Assembly (NCBI GenBank): GCA_964581895.1 | Contig: CAZOPR010000008.1 | Location: 15,903-79,902, forward strand | Direction: 5' to 3' | Length of the DNA: 64,000 nt | Origin: an uncultured Brachyspira sp. | GTDB lineage: Bacteria > Spirochaetota > JAAYUW01 | In this document: one piece after another, positions 1-9,300 of the stretch | How the letters are laid out: every line of letters begins with the position of its first letter | How positions within the stretch are numbered: the first letter of the stretch is position 1 | The notes under the pieces: generated by a model | Seen by the model: only the letters and a program-made list of their open reading frames with translations | Told to the model about the DNA's origin: nothing | Database searches by the model: none | Translations under genes and position numbers: made by a program

Positions 1-102
1 AGCGAAACTTTAGATTGGGATAAATTGATAGAAACATTTCAAAGAGGTGAAACTTTTTATGTGAAACCAGTTAGAAAAGAGGATTTCGAAAATTTTGAAT
101 AA
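1..102 (+). CDS. 3' end of a gene running in from the left edge (…SETLDWDKLIETFQRGETFYVKPVRKEDFENFE*), product unknown
   Basis: Frame 1 is open from base 1 to TAA at 100-102; the next gene's RBS follows directly. Confidence 0.55.
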   Translation, partial: SETLDWDKLIETFQRGETFYVKPVRKEDFENFE

Positions 103-115
103 AAAAGGAGGATTG

Positions 116-1177
116 ATGAAAAGAATATCTATTTTTATTTTGAGCTTAATACTTTTGATTTCAACTATTTCTCCAATAGTTTTTGGACAAAACATCTCTT
201 TTTCATTTTCACCAAGACTTTGGGGACTTGATTTTTATCTTTTTTTAAATGATTTTCCAGTCAAACTTGTTGATTTTGCATCAATGCAGACATTATTAGG
301 TATTGGTGGCGGTTGGGAATCTTATGGTTATTTTAGAGATTTATCAAATAATCCAGTGCAATATTCAGATAACCCAACATATGCATTTTATTTTAATAGA
401 ATAGATTTAATAGGAACATTTGGATTAGGTTTTTTATTTTTTTATAATGAATTTTATGGAAAATATATTTCTCAATTAAGATTTAAATTTTTGGTGGATT
501 ATCAATCCTATGAGCAAGAAAGTGATGGCAAACCAACTTATTTATCACAGACAACCCTGCCTGATAAAGAAGGTATCTTTCAGAATTCTTTTGCAATTGA
601 ACTATACATAGATTTCTTAAAATTTTCATCTAAATATCATTCGATTAGAGGAGTCGATTTTCTATTTAGTTATGAAATTTTCCCGCAATTTATGAATGAA
701 ATTGCAAATTTTTCAAGAATTCAGGCTAAATTTAGGGGTTTTTTAACAATTTTAGAAAATGAAAATCTTTCTATATATTTAGCAGATAGAATCTTTTTTT
801 ATTATATACCTCAAACAAGTTCATATATCCCAATATCAGCATTGACAATGGGAAGTCTTGGGTATTCAATGAGAGGGATAAATTGGTGTCAATATGAGGG
901 AACTATTAGACTTTTGAATAATTTTGATATCAGAATCTTTACCCCTCAAATATTTGAGCAATCTTATATTATTCCAGGTCTTATTTTATTTTTTGATATT
1001 GGATTAAATGATTACCAAAACTTAAACGGGACTCTTGATTTTTCAAACTTGCAATATTCTACAGGTATTGGTCTTGTTATAGTCGCACTTGGTATTGATT
1101 TGATAGACTTTTACCTTGATTACAACTTAAAAGAGACACAACTATACTTTAAGTTAAGATTTTCTCTATTTTTTTAG
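116..1177 (+). CDS. Omp85/BamA-family outer-membrane beta-barrel protein with no evident POTRA domains
   Basis: GGAGG RBS before ATG 116; signal peptide; amphipathic aromatic strands; SMRG..G..LLNNFDIR resembles the Omp85 loop-6 motif; ends in Phe (FKLRFSLFF). Confidence 0.6.
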   Translation: MKRISIFILSLILLISTISPIVFGQNISFSFSPRLWGLDFYLFLNDFPVKLVDFASMQTLLGIGGGWESYGYFRDLSNNPVQYSDNPTYAFYFNRIDLIGTFGLGFLFFYNEFYGKYISQLRFKFLVDYQSYEQESDGKPTYLSQTTLPDKEGIFQNSFAIELYIDFLKFSSKYHSIRGVDFLFSYEIFPQFMNEIANFSRIQAKFRGFLTILENENLSIYLADRIFFYYIPQTSSYIPISALTMGSLGYSMRGINWCQYEGTIRLLNNFDIRIFTPQIFEQSYIIPGLILFFDIGLNDYQNLNGTLDFSNLQYSTGIGLVIVALGIDLIDFYLDYNLKETQLYFKLRFSLFF

Positions 1178-1197
1178 TTACTTCAAAATTTAGCAAA

Positions 1198-1638
1198 TTA
1201 AGTATTGTAAGGATATTCAATTTCCTTATTATTTATAAATAATTTTACTATTACTTTGCTATTCTTTTTAAGCATTGCAGAAACACCGCAGTATTTTTCT
1301 TGTGATAATTTAACAGCTTTAATTATATCATCAACTCTATCTTCGATATTACCTGTAAAATAATAATTTAATATTATATCCTTAAATACTTTTGGATGTT
1401 CATCAGTTGTTTCTGTCGAACAATCAAGTGAAAAAGATTCGGCTGGAATTTTCATTTTTTTTATCAAAGATGCCACATCCATCCCAGTACATCCTAAAAG
1501 AGCTGTAAGCATAAGTCCTTTTGGCCTTGGTCCTCTGTTTGTTCCCCCATCTTCTATTGAAGTATCAAGTTCTATAACATGTCCATCAAGTTCAGCAGTG
1601 AAAGAAAGGTTTTCATTCCATTTTGCTTTTGAGTACAT
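1198..1638 (-). CDS. OsmC/Ohr (YhfA-like) family protein
   Basis: GPRPKGLMLTALLGCTGMD and SQEKYCGVS, the two-Cys OsmC motifs. Confidence 0.9.
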   Translation of the reverse strand: MYSKAKWNENLSFTAELDGHVIELDTSIEDGGTNRGPRPKGLMLTALLGCTGMDVASLIKKMKIPAESFSLDCSTETTDEHPKVFKDIILNYYFTGNIEDRVDDIIKAVKLSQEKYCGVSAMLKKNSKVIVKLFINNKEIEYPYNT

Positions 1639-1785
1639 AAAAAATTCTCCCTTTTAATTTTATAATTTTATATAAAAAATATAATAAAAAATTTAAAAAA
1701 AGGCATTTTTTTTAAAATAACATTTTAATATTTGAAAATGAAATTTTAGATAAATTTTTAGATAAATACTATTTAAATAAAAAAT

Positions 1786-3759
1786 CTATTCTGGTTTCAA
1801 TAATTCTTTTTTATCTTGAATATTGTCCGAAGTCAATAATAATTTCTCATCTTTTTTATTAGTCTTTTTGTTTTTACTATTAATCTTAGCTTTTATTTGA
1901 TTGATAACTTCTTGCTTTATTACAAAGGTTTCATCTTTGAAGATTTTGAAATTTTGTACACTATTTTTTAATAAATCAACAAGGGAAACAAGATTATCTG
2001 AGTTTGCTTCCAATTCTTCAGATATACTGATACCTTCAGCAGTCAGGTCAAAATAATTTCTTACTATTGTATCGATAATAGTTGTATTTTCATTTTGGAT
2101 ATTAGCTGAAGCTAATATTGATTTAACTTCATCTGCGATTACTCTTGTTTCATCAAGGATAGATAATATTGAGTCACTAATAGCTTTTGAATTTTCAATT
2201 GATTGCAAAATTTTAGTATTTATAGTATTTATTAGCTCATTTACCTGATCTGAAATCACAGAACTACTTTCAGCCATTTTCCTGATTTCAGATGCAACTA
2301 CCGCAAAACCTTTTCCACTTTCACCAACTCTTGATGCTTCAATAGATGCATTTAATGCTAACAATTTAGTATGAGAAGCTATATCTACAATTAATTTTAA
2401 TGAATCAGTCATTTTCTTTGAAATTTCACTAATTTGCGAAAATGAAGATAAAGAAGATTCAAAGGTAGCTATTTCTTTTTGTAAAATCGAGTTAGACTTA
2501 GTAATTATTTGAGCAGACTTGTTTGATTTTTCAAGTATTACAGTAGTTGAATTTTTAAGTTCATTTACAGAGTTTAATAGTTTTTGAATAGATTCATTTT
2601 GTTTTTCAGCATTAGATTCTATTTTTTGCGATACATTGAAATTTTCTTTTATTTTTAATGAAACAGCCTCAAAATAATTTAAGCTTTCTTTAATAATATT
2701 ATTAAGATTAATTGAAACTATATTTACTTTTTGTATTATATCAGCAAGTTCATCTGATGTTGAAATGGTGGAATCAAATGAAAAATTGCTTTTTTCAAGT
2801 TCTGAAAGTATTTCTCTAATATGTCCAAGATTTCTTCTTAAAAAAGAAACATATACCGAAGTAAAGATAGAAAAAACAATAACAGCAAAAATTAAAAGTC
2901 TAAAAAAGATAGTTTTAGTTACATAATTTAATTCAAGTGACAAAATCGTACCACCCTGAACTGCATATTGTATCAGGGAAAATGTTATTAGAAGTAGTAG
3001 TATAGCAAGTAAAGAAGATGGAATCATAAAGGTAGCAAATGTTTTTGTTATCAATCCTACTTTATATATTTTATAAGGTGAGTCTTCAGAGAATATTTTA
3101 ACCTTTCCAGCAATATTAAATTGTTCTAACAATGAAAAATGCGAGGAATAATAGGATAAAATTGATAATATAACAAAAATAAATGTAAAATATGCAACAA
3201 GAGTTAAGAATAGATTTGATGGTATTAAAGAAAGAACAAATCCAATAATTATAGCAGATGAAGTGAAAACTAAAAATCTAATTGAATAATTTAAAGCTAA
3301 TATTAATGGCATATTTAATAATTTTGCTCTATATTTTAAGAATTCTTCCTTATCAAAATTATATGAAACATTAAATATTGAAAAAAAATCTACTAAATCT
3401 CTAACTTTAAAATAGGTAAAAATCATTCCAACAAAAAAATTTACTAAATATAAAAACAATAGGATATTTCTAAATTCGGCAAAATTTGGACCTGTGCTTG
3501 GAAATGGCTGAAAAATGAACCAGCATAAATAACCAAAAAGCAATGATAAAAATTCTGATAAAAAAACAGGTAGAAAATTAAATCTTTTTCGTGTATAAAC
3601 TTTTTCTAATTTAGAAAGTTCACTTTTCTTCTTTTTTGCTTTTTCAGAATGTTTTGGAAAGAGATTTGATTTATAAATATAAGATTTTGAAGTATTTCTT
3701 TGTTTTGCTTTCATCTTAAACCTCAGCATGGTATTGATAAATAAAATCACTTTTTTCAA
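1786..3759 (-). CDS. Methyl-accepting chemotaxis protein (multi-TM sensor, HAMP, signalling domain); start codon uncertain
   Basis: [38 protein letters not shown] hairpin tip; DELADI HAMP; about 6 hydrophobic segments. Confidence 0.92.
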   Translation of the reverse strand: MKKVILFINTMLRFKMKAKQRNTSKSYIYKSNLFPKHSEKAKKKKSELSKLEKVYTRKRFNFLPVFLSEFLSLLFGYLCWFIFQPFPSTGPNFAEFRNILLFLYLVNFFVGMIFTYFKVRDLVDFFSIFNVSYNFDKEEFLKYRAKLLNMPLILALNYSIRFLVFTSSAIIIGFVLSLIPSNLFLTLVAYFTFIFVILSILSYYSSHFSLLEQFNIAGKVKIFSEDSPYKIYKVGLITKTFATFMIPSSLLAILLLLITFSLIQYAVQGGTILSLELNYVTKTIFFRLLIFAVIVFSIFTSVYVSFLRRNLGHIREILSELEKSNFSFDSTISTSDELADIIQKVNIVSINLNNIIKESLNYFEAVSLKIKENFNVSQKIESNAEKQNESIQKLLNSVNELKNSTTVILEKSNKSAQIITKSNSILQKEIATFESSLSSFSQISEISKKMTDSLKLIVDIASHTKLLALNASIEASRVGESGKGFAVVASEIRKMAESSSVISDQVNELINTINTKILQSIENSKAISDSILSILDETRVIADEVKSILASANIQNENTTIIDTIVRNYFDLTAEGISISEELEANSDNLVSLVDLLKNSVQNFKIFKDETFVIKQEVINQIKAKINSKNKKTNKKDEKLLLTSDNIQDKKELLKPE

Positions 3760-3882
3760 TTATCGTCTAATTTGCCATAAATCTATATCTTTATTAATTT
3801 TTGTAAAATCAGACTTTTTTCTTAATGTAAAATAAAAATAAAAATAAAATTATAAATATAAATAGCTGTTTCTTAAAAAAGC

Positions 3883-5499
3883 TTATTTAGATTTCTTAAA
3901 AAGGTTAATATCAATCTTTTTTTCCCTGAATCTATTTGCAAATCTATGGGCTTCATTTCTTATATAAACTAAAAGTTTTAATCCTTCATTATCATAAGGC
4001 AATTTAATTTCTCTTTTCCCCTTTTCTACTATAATTGTTTCTTCTCTTTTTGCAAGACCAATTACAGGAATATCTATAGACAAATCTTCATTGATTATAT
4101 CTGATATCCTTTTTACATGACCTTTTCCTCCATCAATACAGATAAGATCAGGCAATTGATTCCCAGTATTTTTATATTCAAATATTCTTCTAAGGACAAT
4201 TTCTTCAATAGAAGAGTAATCATCCTGACTTTTTATGCTCTTAATTGTAAATTGTCTATAATTGCTTTTATCTGGGAAACCATTTAAAAAACTTACAGAT
4301 GATCCCACAATATAAGATGAACCAATGTTTGAAATGTCAAAACCATCAATTCTATGTGGAATTTTACTTAAATTTAGCAATTTTTGAAGTTCCTTTAATT
4401 TTTTTTCTTCATTAAATAAAGCAATTTTGAAAGATTGTTTATACAATTCAATTAGCTGTAAAATCAATGTCTTATAAATTTTTTTTTCTATCTTAGATTC
4501 GTAGACTTTTATTTCTATTTCTTTTTTTAATAAAGTATTTAAGACTTGAATTAACAAGGGGGATGGGAGATAAACATTTTGGGCTGGTTCAACTTCTCTA
4601 TATAATGAAATTATTGCTTGTAGTATAATAGAATCAAGATTATCTTTCTCCTCAATATATGAAAATCTTTTATTAATTGAAAAGGTTTTGATTCCGTCTT
4701 TACTTCTTAAAAGAGTAATATAACCATTTCCATTTCTAAGATAAAATGCTATAAAATCATAAGTACCTTCAAAGTTCCATCTATATGAATAATGAGACTG
4801 AAATTCCTTAATAATAATATATTGATTTTTTAAAAAATTAGCTTTTTCAAATTCAAGAGCCAAAGATGATTGATTTATTTCAGATTCAATTTCTTTTAGT
4901 AGATTTTTATATTCACCTTTCAAAAAAGAAATAGCCTTTTTATATTGAGAAATATACTGAGATTCATCAATAAGTGCTGCACATGGAGCGCTACATTTAC
5001 CAATATGATAATTTAAACATGGTTTAGATTTACGGTTTAATCTTTTTTTACAGGTTCTTAGCTTAAAAGTTTTTTGGATAAATTCATAAAGTCTATCTGT
5101 CATTTGCCTTGATGTAAAGGGACCAAATGTAATACCTTCGAATTTATCTCTTTGCCGAATTATTGAAAGAGAAGGGAATTTTTCTTTAGAAAAAGCCAAA
5201 AGAGTGTAAGATTTATCATCTTTGAGTTGGATATTGTATTTAGGTTTTAGTTCAGATATTAAATTTTGTTCTAATAAAAGTGCTTCAAATTCAGAATTTG
5301 CTATCCTATAATCTATATATTTTATGTTTGATACAAGAATTTCAGTTTTATCATCCAAAATATTTTTAGTAAAATACGAACTTACTCTTTTTTTTAAATT
5401 TTTTGCTTTGCCAATATATAGCAATTTTTGAGATTTATCATAAAAAAGATAGACTCCACTTTTTTCTGGTAAAGTGTTATAAAACTCTGCTTCAATCAT
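3883..5499 (-). CDS. uvrC: Excinuclease ABC subunit C, lacking the C-terminal (HhH)2 domain
   Basis: GVYLF..LLYIGKAKNLKKRV GIY-YIG; PKYNIQLKDDK; CLNYHIGKCSAPC; RIDGFDISN; CIDGGKGH; RNEAHRFA. Confidence 0.95.
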   Translation of the reverse strand: MIEAEFYNTLPEKSGVYLFYDKSQKLLYIGKAKNLKKRVSSYFTKNILDDKTEILVSNIKYIDYRIANSEFEALLLEQNLISELKPKYNIQLKDDKSYTLLAFSKEKFPSLSIIRQRDKFEGITFGPFTSRQMTDRLYEFIQKTFKLRTCKKRLNRKSKPCLNYHIGKCSAPCAALIDESQYISQYKKAISFLKGEYKNLLKEIESEINQSSLALEFEKANFLKNQYIIIKEFQSHYSYRWNFEGTYDFIAFYLRNGNGYITLLRSKDGIKTFSINKRFSYIEEKDNLDSIILQAIISLYREVEPAQNVYLPSPLLIQVLNTLLKKEIEIKVYESKIEKKIYKTLILQLIELYKQSFKIALFNEEKKLKELQKLLNLSKIPHRIDGFDISNIGSSYIVGSSVSFLNGFPDKSNYRQFTIKSIKSQDDYSSIEEIVLRRIFEYKNTGNQLPDLICIDGGKGHVKRISDIINEDLSIDIPVIGLAKREETIIVEKGKREIKLPYDNEGLKLLVYIRNEAHRFANRFREKKIDINLFKKSK

Positions 5500-5588
5500 T
5501 TTAAAAACAATTTAATATTAAAAATGAAAATAATCAATATTGACATCATTAATATCTATGATAAAAGGTAAAAAAAAGGAGAATATCT

Positions 5589-5849
5589 GTGCCAAACAAA
5601 AAATCTGCAGAAAAAAGAGTTAAACAATCATTAAAAAGAAGATTGGAAAATAGAAGTGTTAAGACTGAAATTAAAACTGGTTTTAAGAATTTGACTTCTT
5701 CTTTAAATAGCGGCGACAAAGAAAAAATTGCTAACTTGTATAATGACTACCAATCTTTATGTGATAAGGCAGTTAAGAGAAATGTTATTCATAAAAATGC
5801 AGCAGCAAGATATAAATCAAGAGCTTCTAAACTGATAAATATTAATTAA
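5589..5849 (+). CDS. rpsT: 30S ribosomal protein S20
   Basis: MPNKKSAEKRVKQ…IHKNAAARYKSR; GTG start after AGGAG. Confidence 0.97.
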   Translation: MPNKKSAEKRVKQSLKRRLENRSVKTEIKTGFKNLTSSLNSGDKEKIANLYNDYQSLCDKAVKRNVIHKNAAARYKSRASKLININ

Positions 5850-5862
5850 ATAAAATTAAAAG

Positions 5863-6165
5863 ATGAAGATAACAAGGAAAGATTTAATTGATTTAACATA
5901 TCAAAAAACAAAGGAAGTTAATAAAGATTTAGTAGCATCTATTATAAATCAATTTTTAACTGAGTTATCAAGTCTTCTATCTAAAGAAGAAGAGATTAAT
6001 ATTGAACTAAGAGGTTTTGGAGTATTTAAGAAAAGAAAAAGAAAAGATCTTTTAATTTTAAATCCTAAAACAAAAGAGAAAAAGATTTATAATAACCTTT
6101 ATTCAATTAAATTTAAATTAAGTAAAATAAATAAGTTAAATAAAGAGGTTGGCTCCAATGAATAA
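5863..6165 (+). CDS. HU/IHF-family nucleoid protein (Hbb-like position after rpsT)
   Basis: IELRGFGVF…NPKT motif. Confidence 0.88.
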   Translation: MKITRKDLIDLTYQKTKEVNKDLVASIINQFLTELSSLLSKEEEINIELRGFGVFKKRKRKDLLILNPKTKEKKIYNNLYSIKFKLSKINKLNKEVGSNE

Positions 6166-6865
6166 ATTTAAGATAGTTATGGTTGATGATAATTGGGAGA
6201 TCTGCGAACTTTTTAAGACTATCATTCAGAATCTTGAGATGTTTGAAGTAATATCATTTGATAAAGGTTATAGATTTCTTGAATATATTGAAGAAAATAA
6301 ATACGATATAGCCATAGTAGATATAGATTTACCAGATATTTCTGGATATGAAATAATTAAAAACATTAGAAATGAACAAGAAAATTATGCCCCAATAATT
6401 GTTATTTCAGCATTTGAGGACTTTGCTCATAAGATAAAAGCCTTAGAATTAGGAGCCGACGATTATATAGTAAAACCAGTAAATATCTTTGAAGTAGTCA
6501 TAAAGATGAATAATCTTCTTAAAAGACAAAGTTATCTTTCTGAATTAAATAAAAGAGAATCAATTATTCAAGAAAAAGCTGAAATAATTAAAATATTGAA
6601 ATCCTTTTTTAATGAAAAGGTATATCAGCCAGCTATTAAGCTAAAAAACCATTTTGATACGGAGCTTTCTAAAGGCAAATCTTCATTTTCGCCAGATAAA
6701 ATTTTTGATACATATAAAAAACTTTCAGATGATTTTGATTTTTTGATTAAAAATTTTGAAAAACTTAGTAATGAGATAGAAAAAAGAATAGAAAAAATCG
6801 AAGAAAAAAAAGCAGAATTTCTTCCTGAAAAAGAGATAGAAAAAAAATTTAAAACTAAATTTTAA
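6158..6865 (+). CDS. Response regulator: REC domain plus helical/coiled-coil C-terminus
   Basis: MVDDN, IVDIDLPDISG (phospho-Asp), ISAF, GADDYIVKP; no HTH output domain seen. Confidence 0.9.
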   Translation: MNKFKIVMVDDNWEICELFKTIIQNLEMFEVISFDKGYRFLEYIEENKYDIAIVDIDLPDISGYEIIKNIRNEQENYAPIIVISAFEDFAHKIKALELGADDYIVKPVNIFEVVIKMNNLLKRQSYLSELNKRESIIQEKAEIIKILKSFFNEKVYQPAIKLKNHFDTELSKGKSSFSPDKIFDTYKKLSDDFDFLIKNFEKLSNEIEKRIEKIEEKKAEFLPEKEIEKKFKTKF

Positions 6866-6972
6866 GTTAATTTTTTCTCTTGAAATTTTATAATTGTGAT
6901 GCATAAATAAAATCAAATAAATAGAATATATAAAATATAAAAAATCAAAAAAGTTATTAAAAAGAGGAAGTT

Positions 6973-7194
6973 ATGCTTTCAGAAGAAAAAAAAATGTTAT
7001 TACAGTATTATAATGAAGGGATAGATCTTTATTTTAAGAAAGATTTTAAAAACGCAATTATAAAATTTCAAAAAGCACTTGAAATAAATCCAGCTGATGG
7101 ACCTTCTAAACTTCAATATCTTAGATGTGTTGAATATATTAAAAATCCCCCACCAGAAAATTGGGATGGCGTTTTTACAATGGTGACCAAGTAA
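6973..7194 (+). CDS. Small TPR-like protein resembling the C-terminal domain of class III adenylate/guanylate cyclases
   Basis: YNEGIDLY..DFKNA..FQKALEINPADGPSK..RC..NPPPENWDGVFTM.TK. Confidence 0.75.
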   Translation: MLSEEKKMLLQYYNEGIDLYFKKDFKNAIIKFQKALEINPADGPSKLQYLRCVEYIKNPPPENWDGVFTMVTK

Positions 7195-7252
7195 AGATAT
7201 TTATATTAAAGATATTTATAAATAAATATTTCTTTGTTGAGGAGTTATTAAA

Positions 7253-7600
7253 ATGAATAAGAAAGAAAGACCATCTTTCTCAGATAAAGTTGCAACCACT
7301 TTTGGACCAGAGACAAATTTCAATGGAAATCTTAATTTTAAGACATCATTAAAAATATGTGGAACTTTTAAAGGTACTATTAAAACCGAAGGATATCTTG
7401 AAATATCTTCTGAAGCAAATGTTGAAGCTGAAATAGAGGCAGGTACCGTTAAAATAGCTGGTATTTTAAGAGGAAACATAAATAAATCAGAAAGAGCTGA
7501 ACTTATAAACTCTGCCCAAATGTATGGAAATATAACAACAAAAGTTCTTAAAATAGAAGATGGTGTTATTTTTCAGGGTGAATGCAAGATGAGTAAATAA
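7253..7600 (+). CDS. Bactofilin (polymer-forming cytoskeletal protein, CcmA family)
   Basis: FNGNLNF..SLKICGTFKGTI…LKIEDGVIFQGECKM beta-helix repeats. Confidence 0.93.
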   Translation: MNKKERPSFSDKVATTFGPETNFNGNLNFKTSLKICGTFKGTIKTEGYLEISSEANVEAEIEAGTVKIAGILRGNINKSERAELINSAQMYGNITTKVLKIEDGVIFQGECKMSK

Positions 7601-7615
7601 ATTTTAAAAACTCTC

Positions 7616-7643
7616 TTGACAGTTGTAAAAAATCTGTTATTTT
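7616..7643 (+). promoter_or_regulatory. Sigma70-type promoter for the tRNA-Thr/rpmG/secE region
   Basis: TTGACA-16 nt-TATTTT with an extended -10 TG, 13 nt before the tRNA. Confidence 0.6.
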
Positions 7644-7656
7644 TGCTAGCGATTTT

Positions 7657-7729
7657 GCCCTCATAGCTCATACGGTAGAGCGTTTCCATGGTAAGGAAAA
7701 GGTACTCGGTTCGATTCCGAGTGAGGGCT
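7657..7729 (+). tRNA. tRNA-Thr (anticodon GGT); CCA not encoded
   Basis: Acceptor GCCCTCA/TGAGGGC; D stem GCTC/GAGC; anticodon stem TTTCC/GGAAA with loop ATGGTAA; T arm CTCGG-TTCGATT-CCGAG. Confidence 0.97.
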
Positions 7730-7789
7730 GTGAATAAAAAATAAGTCGAAATTTCAAAAAAGATAAATTAGTTTAATAAAGGTGAATGT

Positions 7790-7945
7790 ATGAGAGAATT
7801 AATAGCTTTTAAGTGTGATGTATGCGGAAACAAAAATTATACTGCTGATAAGAACAAAAAAAATACTCCAGATAAGTTATCTTTTAAGAAATATTGTAGA
7901 TTTTGTCATAAACATACTGTTCATAGTGAAACAAAAATTAAATAA
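7790..7945 (+). CDS. rpmG: 50S ribosomal protein L33 (Zn-binding form), 51 aa, not in the ORF track
   Basis: Hand translation MRELIAFKCDVCGNKNY…KKYCRFCHKHTVHSETKIK*. Confidence 0.96.
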   Translation: MRELIAFKCDVCGNKNYTADKNKKNTPDKLSFKKYCRFCHKHTVHSETKIK

Positions 7946-7953
7946 ATAATTAT

Positions 7954-8027
7954 AGGTCAGTAGCTCCAATTGGTAGAGCGGCGGTCTCCAAAACCGCATG
8001 TTGGGGGTTCGAATCCCTCCTGGCCTG
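7954..8027 (+). tRNA. tRNA-Trp (anticodon CCA); CCA end not encoded
   Basis: AGGTCAG/CTGGCCT acceptor; GCGGT-CTCCAAA-ACCGC anticodon arm; GGTTCGAATCC T loop; canonical position before secE. Confidence 0.97.
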
Positions 8028-8048
8028 TTTTTGAACTGTGGAGGCAGA

Positions 8049-8255
8049 ATGGCTAAACAAAATATTTTTAAAAAATTTATATCTTTTATTACCTCATCAT
8101 ATAGAGAGTTAAAGAAAATTGACTGGAATATTGTTACCAAATCTGTTCCTGCTCACCTTATAGGCATATTGATAATTATGGGCTTTTTTTCATTGTTTTT
8201 TCTTGCAGTAGACCTTGGGATTGGTAAATTTATTCAGTGGATATTTGGTTTATGA
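8049..8255 (+). CDS. secE: Preprotein translocase subunit SecE
   Basis: GGAGG RBS; SYRELKKIDW plus a single TM; lies between tRNA-Trp and nusG. Confidence 0.9.
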   Translation: MAKQNIFKKFISFITSSYRELKKIDWNIVTKSVPAHLIGILIIMGFFSLFFLAVDLGIGKFIQWIFGL

Positions 8256-8818
8256 AAAATTACTATATCTTAAAAGTCACCAGTGGTTCAGAATACCAGG
8301 TGGTAGATTATTTAAATAAAATTATAAAAAACACATATCTTGAAAAATATGTATTTAATCCTGTAGTGCCAGAGTCAAAAACAGAAAAGAAAATAAAAGG
8401 AAAGAAAAGAGAGTTTACTTCAAGATTATATCCAGGATATGTTTTTGTCGAAATAGATTTTTCAGATAATCCTGGAGATGAAAATTATTGGAAAAAAATT
8501 GCCAAGGAGATTTTAAGCATATCTTCTGTTGCAGCATTTTTAGGTGTCAAAAGAACTGATAGACCTATTCCTTTATCAAAGGCTGAAGTTAAGTCTTATT
8601 TGATTAATATTGGGCAGATAAAGGAAAGCGAAACTGAAGAAACCAAATCTGTTTATGATATAGGAGAAGAGGTTAATATAATAGCAGGTGGATTCAAAGG
8701 CTGCACAGGTGTTATCAAAGAAATTGATAAAGATAAAACAAAAGTTATTGTAGAAGTTAAAATCTTTGATAGACCAACTCCTGTTGAGCTTACTACAGAA
8801 CAGATTGAGAAGAAATAA
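8252..8818 (+). CDS. nusG: Transcription factor NusG
   Basis: YILKVTSGSE, LYPGYVFVE, KOW GEEVNIIAGGF, IFDRPTPVEL. Confidence 0.96.
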   Translation: MKNYYILKVTSGSEYQVVDYLNKIIKNTYLEKYVFNPVVPESKTEKKIKGKKREFTSRLYPGYVFVEIDFSDNPGDENYWKKIAKEILSISSVAAFLGVKRTDRPIPLSKAEVKSYLINIGQIKESETEETKSVYDIGEEVNIIAGGFKGCTGVIKEIDKDKTKVIVEVKIFDRPTPVELTTEQIEKK

Positions 8819-8855
8819 ATTAAAATAAATTTGAAAAAAATTTTAAGGATATATT

Positions 8856-9281
8856 ATGGCAAAAGAGATTAAACAAATAGTAAAATTACAAATTGTCGGT
8901 GGAGAAGCAAAACCTGCTCCACCAATCGGTACAGCATTAGGACCAACAGGGATTAATTTACAACAATTTGTTCAAACATTTAATGCTAAAACTTCTAATA
9001 GAAAAGGTGAATTAATTCCTACAATTGTAACAATATATAAAGACAGAACATTTGATATAGCTTTTAAGGTCGCTCCTGTTTCGTTTATGGTTAAAAAGGC
9101 AATAAATTTGGAAAAGGGTTCGGCTACTCCAAACAAAACAAAAGTGGGTAAAATAACAAGAAAACAGGTAAAAGAAATAGCTGCAAAAAAGCTACCAGAT
9201 TTGAATACCAAAGATATAGAAAAAGCATCTAAAATTGTTGAAGGTACTTGTAAATCTATGGGTATTGAAGTTGTAGATTAA
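8856..9281 (+). CDS. rplK: 50S ribosomal protein L11
   Basis: PAPPIGTALG, KGSATPNK, GTCKSMGI. Confidence 0.98.
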   Translation: MAKEIKQIVKLQIVGGEAKPAPPIGTALGPTGINLQQFVQTFNAKTSNRKGELIPTIVTIYKDRTFDIAFKVAPVSFMVKKAINLEKGSATPNKTKVGKITRKQVKEIAAKKLPDLNTKDIEKASKIVEGTCKSMGIEVVD

Positions 9282-9300
9282 TTATCAAGGAGTTTTAATA

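Noticed and set aside
5540-5570. TTGACA upstream of rpsT as a promoter
   Set aside because: No -10 hexamer at 16-18 nt spacing
7954-8027. Alternative genetic code (TGA=Trp) suggested by the low GC
   Set aside because: tRNA-Trp has a CCA anticodon, conserved Trp residues use TGG, and TGA ends genes normally (e.g. yggS, nadD)
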